A program made the translations under genes and the position numbers. The notes below the pieces were generated by a model. It saw only the letters and a program-made list of their open reading frames with translations. It was not told the DNA's origin and made no database searches. From assembly GCF_009914755.1 (NCBI RefSeq), contig NC_060926.1: a stretch of DNA of 64,000 nucleotides; one strand, written 5' to 3'. Origin of the DNA: the human T2T-CHM13v2.0 reference genome, Homo sapiens. Positions 16,916 to 29,208 of the stretch are shown here, piece by piece (position 1 is the first letter of the stretch; every line of letters begins with the position of its first letter).

Positions 16916-18157
16916 TTAACATTAGACATATTCACTGCACAATGATCAGAATCAGGAAATTATGGTACACACTAAAGACTCCATTCAAACTTGATCAATT
17001 TTCCACTAACATCCTATTTTTTTGGTTTGGTTCCAGAATTCCACATTGCACTTCATTGTTGTTTATCCTTGGCCTGCTGCCATATATCACAGTCCTTCAG
17101 TCTTTCTTGTCTTTCAGGATTTTGACACCGAGAAGACATCAGTGATTTTGCCAACTATCGGTCAGTTTGGGCTTGTCTGGTGTCTTTAGGTTTCTGCATC
17201 TGAGAGCAAGAAGGTAAGCTCCTTGAGAGCAATTAGTCATTGTTCAGTGACTAATTCCCAGTGTGGTGAGCAGTAACAAATTCAGTGTGCACGTGCAATG
17301 TGCTGAAGAAAGGGCTGAGAGAATGATGTACTAACCACAAGATGGTTAAAAACATAAGTTTCAGGGATCTCTCCTCTCCTGTCTTAGCAGAAAGGGGAGA
17401 ATACTGGTTAGGAAAACAAAAACAAGTTTTTCTTCAGTGGATCCATCAAAGTATCTAAGTGCCTAATTGGCTTCGATTGTGGTAATTACATTACCTTTCT
17501 GAGCCTCTGCGATTGCTAGGCACAAGGTTCTGTATAAAGGTGAACTAGACACATGGAACAAGCTCCCTTGAGCTCATCGTTCACCTGGGAGGAGGAAATG
17601 GAGGTTTCACAGGTACATAGTGATAACAGAGCAGGCGGCCTGCACTGTGTGCTGCAGAAGCACAGCTGGGGATGATGTGAAGTGCAGGAAGGAGGCTTTA
17701 TGGAGAAGGTGACATGTGACAGGCTAGGGCTTGGAGGAGGCTGGGCTTGGAATGGTGATGGAAAAGAGGCCTCAGGGGGGAAGAATGCCTTTGAATGGAA
17801 ATGAAAGGCAGAGAGCTATGGAGTCTATATGGAGATGCAGGCAGTGGGGATTAGCCAGAGTATCTGGTGGGAGGTTAAAGTGACAAGGCTGGAGGCTCGA
17901 CCAAAAGGTTAGGGTCAGACCTCAGGAGTGCCTGGTTGTCACTGGGCATTTAACATTTTTCTCAACAGTGAGAAGCAGCAGAGTGAACTGCTCAAAATCT
18001 TTATTATGTAGGGTCACTGGGTCAGGTCGTGGCCTGATGCTTTCCTCCCAATCTCACTGCAAGGGACAGCTGGGTGGAGGCAAAAAACTAACATGCTCAG
18101 GGGCCTCTGGGCCTTGCCCTCCTGTCTTCTGACACTCATCAAGTGGATTTCTTTCAC

Positions 18158-18700
18158 CTGCCACACCACCTTGCTTTGCCACACCATAATGTGATACAAC
18201 ATGACCTCACTATGCCACAACACAACCATGCTATGCCACACGATGCCACGCCATGCCACACCACCACGACCATGCTATGCCATGGCATTACACTGTGCCA
18301 CAACACAAACATGCTACGCCACTGTCTCATCATGCCACACCCCCTCGCTATGCTACTCCCCCTCACTCTGCCACTCCCCCTCACTCTGCCATACCCCCTC
18401 ACTGTGCTACACCCCCTCACTGTGCCACACCCCTCACTGTGCCACACCCCCTCACCATGCCACACTCCTTCATTACGCCACACTCCCTCACTATGCCACA
18501 TCCCTCACCATGCCACAACCCCTCACCATGCCACACCCCCTCACTATGCCAGAACTGCACACTATGCCACACTACCTTGCTTACCCACACCATCATGTGA
18601 GCCACATAACCTCATCATGCCACACCATCACCACTGTGCCACACCACCACACTGTGCCACACCACCACACTGTGCCACACCACCTCACTGTGACACCAGA
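18158..18700. repeat. Degenerate ~18-bp minisatellite, consensus CACTGTGCCACACC(C/A)C(C/T)
   Basis: About 30 imperfect units; explains the HCATPP/LCHTPS/TVPHPL ORFs in several frames. Confidence 0.92.
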
Positions 18701-19520
18701 CCACCTTGTTTGACAGGTGCCTGCGGGCCCCTTCTCCCCCACCTCTCTGGTCTGCTGTTGCACATGCTCCTACCACCAGCTAGAGGTTCTGTTGTCTAGG
18801 AAGCCACTGGCCTCTGACTCATGCAATCTAAGCATGCCCCTCCCTGTTTTCTGCCCCTGATGTTATTGGAACATCTCATCATCATGGTTTTTTATGACAA
18901 TCATTTGCTCACACACTTATCTCTCTTGTTAAACCGAAAAGTTATTGAGACGGAACCATATTTATTTGTTGAGTTCCTAGGGCTAGCACTATGCTTGGCA
19001 CATCACAGGTACTTGAAAAATAGCTGCTAAATTTAATTATGCTTAATTAAACCGTAGAAAGAGCATTGAACTTGGAGCCAGGAGCCCAGAACCCAAACCC
19101 CAGTCTTACAACAAACAAACAAGTTACCCAACCCTCCAAGTCTGCCTCTAATCCATAGGAGGGGAAAGGGATAATAATCTCAATTTCATAGTTTTCTCCT
19201 GAAGGACCCTATTATATTTCTGGAGCATAATAGCTGTACTTCTGCCCATTGCACTTACCTCAACTGTAATTGTTTATTCAGAGTGAATAGTTTCTAGAGT
19301 GGAAACATGCAAAGAACAGACATTACTGCCACTGGGAGTCCCACTGCATGCCAGGCATCACCACGCGCAAGGAAAAGAACATCTTGGATATTTGAAGCAG
19401 AAATGTAGTGGAGAAAGGACATGAAAGTTGATCAAGAAATTGTCAACCCTTTTCGAGAGGCTGAAGGCTTATCAGCAGAGGGAATGCAAGAGCTACAAGC
19501 AGAACTATGCCAAGAAGCTT

Positions 19521-19621
19521 GGCTGGTCCAAGTGCAGTGGTATTTACAAATAACTGACCACAACCAGTTACAAATTTCTTTGTTCCTTTTCCACCCCCAC
19601 TCCTTCACTTGACTAGCCTTT
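19521..19621 (+). pseudogene. Y3 RNA (RNY3) retropseudogene
   Basis: GGCTGGTCCAAGTGCAGTGG...CACTTGACTAGCCTTT is colinear with human Y3 RNA as recalled (about 9 substitutions in 101 nt); A-rich tail 19622-19661; TSD AAGAAGCT at 19512-19519 and 19663-19670. Confidence 0.95.
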
Positions 19622-20626
19622 AAAAAATAAATAAATAAAATAAATTTTAAAATAATAAAAAGAAGAAGCTGGTGCAGTTCAGCCAAGGGGCCAAGGCCAC
19701 CAGGACCACTATCATGAGCTGAGGACCCACAGTTCTGCTGGACTTCACTTCTAGGGTAAGCTCCATGAGAGTGGAGGCCTTGTCCGTTTTGTTTATGACG
19801 ATATGGCTATGGCTAGCACAGCATCTATGCCTGACAGTAACACAAACACCTCACTTAACCTCTCTAGACCTTGACTGACTCATCTCAAAGATGAAGGAAG
19901 GTCCCTTTCTCAAAGTGCATTATTCTATAAATAACAGAACCTGTTAACCCTTTCCAACATGAGGGTAGGTGGTAATAATGCTGATGGCACCTGGGGATTA
20001 ATTTTAAAAGGACAAAAAAAGGCAAATGTAGTTCCTTGGTTGTGCGTCTACCAGATCCCTACAGGTATGAGCAAATGCAGAATAATGGGAAGGACTAGAT
20101 AATTCCAAGTGCTGAGAAAACTATGGGGTATGTGCTGCATTTCTGACTTTTTTTTGGCTCTCTGTCCAGAAAATGGCCTCTAGGTAAAAGATCTGGAATG
20201 AAAGTATGCATGAGTCTTGAAAGAGATCCGATTTGCCAACCACATTGGAGGGACCTTGGCACGTCCAGGGGTTTGGGGCTTCTGTACTCCCCTTTGTCCA
20301 CCTGTTTTAGTCCCCAGCAACCTGATGTGATTGTTACCATAGTGATCACCCCAAATGGAGGTACTCCTGTGTCCCCCTTCCTCAAGTGGGCTAAGTAAGG
20401 CAGCCTCCTGGTGGAAGCCAGGCTGGGTTAGGCCAGGGCCTGCACAGATGGAGCTCCCAAGTCAAGGGAAACTCAGCTGCCCCAGCAGATGCTCCAGGGA
20501 GGTCGACACAACTCTACTGCCCAGGGTGAGTGTGCAGAGAAAGGAGGATGAGTGAGTGCTTGTGTATGGAAGCAAAGTGGGCCTTTCCCTTCCTCCCAGG
20601 GGTGACATTTCTTTCCTCTCTCTGAG

Positions 20627-20772
20627 CTTTTGCTTTTTTTGTTGTTGTTTTTTTAATAGAGACAGGGTCCCACTATGTTGCCCAGGCTGGTCCTGAACTC
20701 CTGGGCTCAAGCCAGCCTCCCACCTTGGCCTCCCCAAGTGCTAGGATTACAGACATAAACCTCCATGCCCAG
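20627..20772 (-). mobile_element. FLAM/AluJ monomer
   Basis: Single Alu arm with T-rich tail. Confidence 0.85.
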
Positions 20773-21609
20773 CCCCTCTGTGCTTTTGGAAAAGCTCCTC
20801 CTTCGACCTGGAGCGTGTTCCACTCTCTTATCTTGGCTAAATTCAGGTCTACCATAGATATCTCATCTTGTGAGAAGCCATCCCTGACCCTCCTCAAGCC
20901 TGCCCTCCCACAGCACCTTGAGCAGTTCTCAGTCCTTACCATACTATATCTTAATTCCTGCCCTGCAGTCACAAGACTGGCAAAGCACCAAGAAGACAGG
21001 AGCTGTGTTCCAATTCACCATGGTACCCAGAATCCTCATGCGGTTCTGGCACAAAGCAGCTGCTCAATAAATATTTGCAGAATGGATGAACTAGAGATTT
21101 TATTCCCCTTGTGTGGGAGAAAGATAAAACAAGTTGATATCACAGTTTAAATAAAAGCCACCCACCAGCTTCTACAAGATATCCTGTGGTCTGTGAAGCT
21201 AGAACTTCATTTCCTGTGCCTTTTCTAACCACGGAGCCTAACTTCAAATGACAACACTTCAACATAAAAAAAAAAATTGAGGCGATGTTCAAATGCACTG
21301 CCAAGTAGCCTCACATTTTATAAAGACTTTCAACAATAAAACTGAAATAAAACTTACAGGGGTTAGCCCCAAATTCACTAGAAAATCAAATTAACCATAA
21401 ACTCCCACCCATTCTCTTTGATCGCTTCCATTCTCTAAACATTCTGGTAAATTAGTCCTTTACTGCAATATATTAATATGTAGGAAGTGAATAGATGAAT
21501 AGCTCTGAGGCAGGAAAGGGGGTGAAAAAAGGAAGAATTTATTTCTCCTGAAAGGTGCAGATGTATTCACTGATATTTTCTAGTCTAAGAATAGGAAATA
21601 TCAGCTTAG

Positions 21610-21965
<356 letters not shown>

Positions 21966-22991
21966 TCCAGTTTCTCACTTCTAAAGATCAGGAAAACAAT
22001 GCCTACTCTTCCCTCCCACCATAGAAACATGAGCTAGTGGCTGTGCATGTGTTGGAAGATAAGGAAGCTTCTGAACCCACAAAGTTTCTTCCAGACCCTC
22101 TGGTGGCTTCCAGAGAAAAACTCCATTCAATCAACCAAGATGGCTTTGTGGAGTTACTGTTCCCAGGCAGGTGCCTCCAAACACATCCAGACTTCTAGGC
22201 TGCTATTACAGAAAGGTCATTAGGACCAACCACAGAAAGGCTGGGCTTAAGAGGACTAGTTGCTAAAGAGGAGTAAGCACATCTCTCCCATCTCTGCACC
22301 CTACCCCGCATTCTGGGTCTTAAAGCACAGAGGGCAATTTGAAATGCGGTGAGAGAGAGACAGGATTAGGCTGAGTAGGAAGGAACACATTTCTGATGAG
22401 GAGAATCAGGGTTAATCTCTTATTGCCATATTTTGGCATACATTTCCACATGGAGAATTCTCTTAACTGCCTTGACTCCACCTACTCATTCTTACTCAAC
22501 CACTAAAAGGCAAGTCCACGTGGGGTCCTTCTCCAGCTTTCCCAGGCATCACTAGTCACCCCTCCTGTGTGGTTTTTTAGCACAACATATGCAACCCTGG
22601 TCCACGGCACTCATTATGTTTTGTGGTTGTTCTCAGCACGCCAGTTTCTTGCACTAGACTCCAAGCTCTCCATCTTATCTCTGCACTCCTGGGGCCTGAC
22701 ACCCAGTGGTGTTCACTCAACCTGTACTGAGTGGTCACTGATCTTTTTGCTGCCACTAGACCAGGGGAACCAGAAAGGAAATGGACGACAGGACATTTTC
22801 ATCTCTAAATCATGACCTTGGGGGATGGAGGATCCCTTAAGAGGTCATCAAGTTGATTCCCCTCATTGAGCAAGACTGGTGAATACCTGGTGGGACTCAC
22901 TCAGGTCCTCTCTGTCTTTGACTCTGGTCCTCAGCATAATTGTGCCCAAAGCTGTCTTGTCTACTCTCAGTTAATTCCTGCCTGTTCATGA

Positions 22992-23390
<399 letters not shown>

Positions 23391-24605
23391 TAATACTTGT
23401 ATTTTTATAATCTTTTTATTAACCAAACAATATGGAAACTTTCAAGCACATATAAAAGTAGAGAGAAAATCAGAATAAACCCCCCATGTACCCAGCACCC
23501 ACCTTCAGCAATGACATGCAAAATCAGTCTTGTTTTACTTATAGTCACTGGATTATTTTGAAGCAAATTCCAGCCTCATGTCAAAGACACACTTTTTTAC
23601 TTGAATTGCATTTGTAGAAAGAATAAAAATTAATTTAAATTAGGAGGAACCTTTCTCTAGGGTCACTTCCCAATAAGTGGATTTTTTGTTGTTGTTTGGT
23701 CTTTGGTTGGGGGTGGAAAGTCCTTGAAATCACATCACGTACTCTTTCTGATACTCAAACTGATTTTTTATTTTTTTGCAGGCAAATGCGTAATGGATGT
23801 CAAAATCCAGAAATAAGGCAGCAAGTATTGCACAGAATGTCTGCATTGACTTTGCAAAGACCAGACCCTCTGGGTTCTCCCTGGAACAAAGATGCACAAA
23901 AGGCTGGAGCAGCCAAATGGGCCAACCCCTGGAGTGCCTTTTTTCTTCTGTGTTAAAAAGTTGCATTTCATGCAGACCCAGCCTATTCCCCCAACCCCTC
24001 AATCTTCTCCCTCCCTCCTACCCACAAGCACACATACAACAGAAGGGACGCCTCTACACCCTCACCAGCTGCCTACACTCATTCACCTGCCGCTGGCTGG
24101 TTTTGGCACTTGTTTTCCAAACCAGTCAAAGAACTCACAGCCCCAGGACTAGAAAGCTCTTATTGCTCCATAGAGGCTTAAATCTGTGGCTCCTAGAGGG
24201 ATCACCATGGGATAAATAAAAATATACAACCCACATTCCTTCAGTGTGCGAAGGCACTTTTTTGGCGGTGTCAGGTTAAGAAGTGTTCAAGAACACTGCA
24301 TAATGGCCAATGCTGTTTGTGCTGATGATCCTTAACTCTGTTTAGATGCTGAAGGGCCCATATTGGGGAAACTTTCCTGGCCCCTCAACACTGCACTGCT
24401 CAGGTGTCCCTCTTGTCAATCTCAAAGCATGCAGTATACTTATACCTGAGGAACTGCGCGAAGCATGTTTATCATCCGCTTTGGACAGACGGGGAAGGAA
24501 AGACCAGAAAGGGAACTAATACTTCTCAAGAGCCCATTTCATGCACGGTGCTACGTATTGTCTTCTTAAATTCCACACAGTTCTATGAGATATTTATTTT
24601 CATTA

Positions 24606-25154
<549 letters not shown>

Positions 25155-25424
25155 TTATAAAGATAGCACAAAGATTTCTCATATGACTTTCACCCAAGTT
25201 CCCCAAAGGTTAAATCTCATGTAACCATAGTACAATGACCCAAACTAGGAACTCAACATTGATACAAGACTATTAACTAATCTACATATCTTATTTGAAT
25301 TTCACCAAGGGTCCCACTAATGTCCTTTATGTGGTCCAGAATACAATCCAGATTATACATTGTATTTAATTGTTATATCACCTTAGACTCTTCCAATCTG
25401 AGATAGTTCCCCATCATTCTGTAT

Positions 25425-25738
25425 GTACACTTTTATACACACACACACACACAATTTTTTGACATGGTCTTGCTCTGTCACCCAGGCTGGAGTGCAGTAG
25501 TACATCATGGCTCCCTGCAGCCTCTGCCTCTGGGTTCAAGCAATCCTCCCACCTCAGTCCCCTGAGTAGCTGGGACCACAGGCTTGTACCACCATGCTTG
25601 GCTAATTTTTAAATTTTTTGTAGAAACAAAGTTTCACTATACTGCCTAGTCTGGTCACAAACTCCTGGGCTCAAGCAATCTTCCCGCCTTAGTCAGCCAA
25701 AGGGCTGGGATTAAAGGCATGAGCCACCATGTCCAGCC
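25425..25738 (-). mobile_element. AluJ with (CA)n-containing tail
   Basis: J-type diagnostics; flanking TCATTCT(G/A)TAT repeat. Confidence 0.88.
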
Positions 25739-27407
25739 TTCATTCTATATCTTTCGTGATGTTGAGACTTTGGAAAGTACTGGCCAGTTATTTTATAAAA
25801 TCTCTCTAATTAGACTATTTTTAATATTCAAAAAGTATCACAAACCCTCAAATGACTGTAGTTATACTTCAAGTATCTCTTTGAGAATATATTTATTGAC
25901 AAGCTACAGTAAATTGAAGGATGCTTTTGAGTTTGTTCCATATACTTTTGAAAAATAGTAAGTATATCTGTGAGATCATTTTATTTAGCTACAGGCAATG
26001 GTTGGGTATATTTAGTTTCATCGACTCCTGACAGATGATATTATGGCAGCTCCTTCTGAGGTCAGCAGCCCGCAATCATACACAGTCCAAGGCAGAAATT
26101 TTCAAAGTTTGAAGAAAACAATAGCGAGCTTGTGAGGTCAGACAAAAACACCAAGCCCTAATGTTTAATGTATGTTTGTGATTTTATTGTATGTTTGTAT
26201 TCTGCACTATGCTAAGATTTTTGCATTCATTGTATCAGTTAACCTCACAACAACCTCTGGGACAGGTACTATTATTATCATTGCCATTCTACAGTGGAGG
26301 AAATTAAGATTCTGAGTCTATAAGTGACTTGCCCAAGGACACACATCTACTGCACAGTAACAATGGGATCTGAAAGCAGTTCTGCCTGACTCTACAAGCC
26401 CGTGTTCTTATCAACCTTGCTAATTTTCTCCAAAAGCATCTCTGACTCCTTGCTTTCATTGTCCTTATGCCAGGAACAGTCTTCATTTTCTATTTCCCAA
26501 ATTCTTTTCCCTTTTCAGCCTTTAATGTCCAGTTTTTAGAACATTCTTCTAGGGAGGCATCTGCTATAGATAGAAGGAGGAATTGGATTTATATCAGCCC
26601 CAGGTGTGACTGGGGCATGATAAGGCATAAACAAGGACAGCAGAAGTAGAAGCAGCGTGGATATTCCAGAGCACAACCTCCTCTTTTTATAAAAGAGCAA
26701 ATAAGAACAATCACTAGGAATACTTATTGCATGCTTAATGTGGGTCAAGTGGTGTTCTAAAAGCTTGCCATGTGTTTTCTCATTCATTCACTCCCTCTAC
26801 CTTTATTGAGGTAGAGACTTCTAGAACTCACCCATCTCTGGAAAAAAAGCCTTCATCTTTTTGACAGTACCCAGAAGGATTATACTCCCCACCCCTATTG
26901 CTGTTAGGCAGAGCCATGTTCCTAGATGCAGCCAGGCATTTGTAGGCAAAAGTGATACGTCATTCCTGAGCTAAAACACTTCATTGTTGGGACTTAGTGA
27001 GCTGTGAGGGATAGAGCTGTGTACCATCTGTTGCCCTGCTCTGGGACCTAGGGGAAGGAAACCAAATGGGGAGAAATGGGAAGCAAGCCCCAGATTTGGC
27101 TTCACTCAAGAATACCCTCAGAACATAATTCAGGAGTGGGAATTTATGGTTGTATTAGTCAGGGAAATTAACATTAGCTGGGTAACAGACAAACCCCCAA
27201 GCTTCAGTGTCTTAACACAATCAAAGTTAGCATTTCCTTCATGTCAGAGCCCATGTTGGTCAGACTTTCCCATCTTGCAGCTATCCCATATAGGACTCAT
27301 AGTTCTCAGATCCCTGAGGCAGGGGAGAAGAGAGATGTAAGAGGCATCCCTTCCTACCTCTGCCATGGGTGACACATGCCTCTTCTTTCCTAGTCACATG
27401 GTCCTGT

Positions 27408-28031
27408 TGTAGCCAAGCACCCCCATTTTTCTACAAAGAAGAGAATGAATTATTATTTTTATTATTTTTTCCTCTTCTTTTCTCTTTTCTCTGTTTCCCC
27501 CTATTAGCCACTTCCTACTTAGTCCTGTAGAAAGGCAATTACAGCTTTTTACCTCTTCTTCATCAGGCTCTCCCTACAGGGCAAGTTCACCTAACTATGT
27601 GTTTAGAAGCTTGAGTGGAACTCACCCACCAGGAGGTTGCCTCAAGAGACAACAGTCAATCTACAACCCCAAGTATGCCCACTACAAAACTCTCTCCCAC
27701 CTGGAAAGCTTCAGTCGCATTTGCAGTCTAGTTCTGCTCATGAAGGTGCCAGCAGTCACCAGCTTGACTATCCAGTAGATAAGGCACTGAAATGAGTTAT
27801 GCAGACCTCCACCTGCTTGCTTCCTCCACTGTGTGCCTTTCACGCTGAGACCCCTTCTAAAAGCACCTGCTTTCTGCTCTAAAAACGAAGTAGTACCCTT
27901 AAAGCAAGAAACCTGTACTTCTTCCCCTAAGTTAGCTTTGGAATAAAAAGTCACTTTCTTCATAGCAGATCTTGCTCTTATTAATTGAACTCTGCCAGCA
28001 CTGAATGACTGAACTTGCACTTTTGATTATA
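27408..28031 (+). mobile_element. ERV1-type solo LTR (LTR54/MER72-like; subfamily uncertain)
   Basis: TGTAG start; gctttggAATAAAaagtcactttc poly(A) region; U5-like cttgctcttattaattgaactctgc...gactgaacttgc. Confidence 0.6.
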
Positions 28032-28512
28032 TCATACCCTCCCAATTAACTCTCCTCTCCTCCTCCAGGGCCCACACCTCTGTTCCTTGTTCCAGAACCT
28101 CAGGTCTGGTGGACACATTTCTTCTCCCCACTTGATTTCCTACTAATACACGGTATTCCTGAAGTAATCACCTACTTTGGAATTCTCAAAGTCAGAGATT
28201 GAAAATGCAGATCCCAGGGCACTACCCTGGGATCACAGCCTGGGACTCCATGTATCATCCCCTTCCTGAGGCACTTCTTGATGTCCACAGATGTTTCAAA
28301 ACTATTTTAAATTGTAGCCAGGTCAGAATAACTTCAGTCACTTATACTTTTTGATGTATTCATGTACCATTTATACTATTATTTTCTTCAAACTTAACAT
28401 TTGCCTTTAAATGTCTCACATTTCTATTTCAATAAATTTATTTCTAAGGGAGACTTTTTGTCACTGCCATAAATGAAAAAACTGGTACCATTTGCCATAA
28501 AAAGAATAGACA

Positions 28513-29208
28513 AACTCTGGGACATCCATGTGATGGAATATTATTCAGCGCTAAGAAGAAATGTGCTATCAACTACAAAAAGACACCGAGACATGGAGGA
28601 AGTTTAAATGTATATTACTAAGTGAAAAAGCCAATCTGAAAAGGCTACACACTGTATAATTCCAACTATCTGACATCCTGGAAAAGGCCAAATATTTTGC
28701 CGGGAGATCGGGAGTGGAAGCAGGGAGATGAATAGGTGGTGGGGCACAGTGGGTTTTTAGGGCAGTAAAACCATTCTGTATGATACCATAATGGTAGATA
28801 CATGTCACTATATATTGGTCAAAACCCTTAGAATGTACGATATCAACAGTGAACCCTCATGTAATCTATGGACTTTGGGTGATAATGATGTGTCAGTGTA
28901 GGGTCAGTTGTAACAAATGTTCCACCCTGGTGGGATTTTTTTTGCTTTTGTTTTGTTTTGTAGAGATGGAGTCTTACTATGTTGCCCAGGCTGGTCTCAA
29001 ATTCCAGGGCTCGTCTCAAATTCCAGGGCTCAAACGATCCTCCCACTTCAGCCTCCCAAAGTGCTGGGATTACAGGCATGAGCCACTGTACCTGGCCAAA
29101 GTATGGGATGTTGATGGTGGGGTTGCAGGGAGTACATGGGAACTCTGTACTTTCTGTTCAATTTTGCTGTGAACCTAAAGCTGCTCTAAAAAAATTAAGC
29201 CCATTAAA
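28513..29208 (+). mobile_element. L1MC/L1MD 3' end containing a FLAM (minus, ~28935-29097)
   Basis: gccaatctgaaaaggctacacactgtataattccaactat...tgaacctaaagctgctctaaaa; TSD AAAAAGAATAGACA on both sides. Confidence 0.85.

Noticed and set aside
18158-18700. CRISPR-like repeat array
   Set aside because: Contiguous degenerate tandem units with no unique spacers, in eukaryotic DNA.
18143-18799. His/Cys/Pro-rich ORFs up to 218 aa
   Set aside because: Open in several frames on both strands because of a stop-poor 18-bp minisatellite; no splice or promoter support.
28994-29031. 19-bp perfect tandem duplication GTCTCAAATTCCAGGGCTC
   Set aside because: A slippage duplication within a FLAM; no sign of function.
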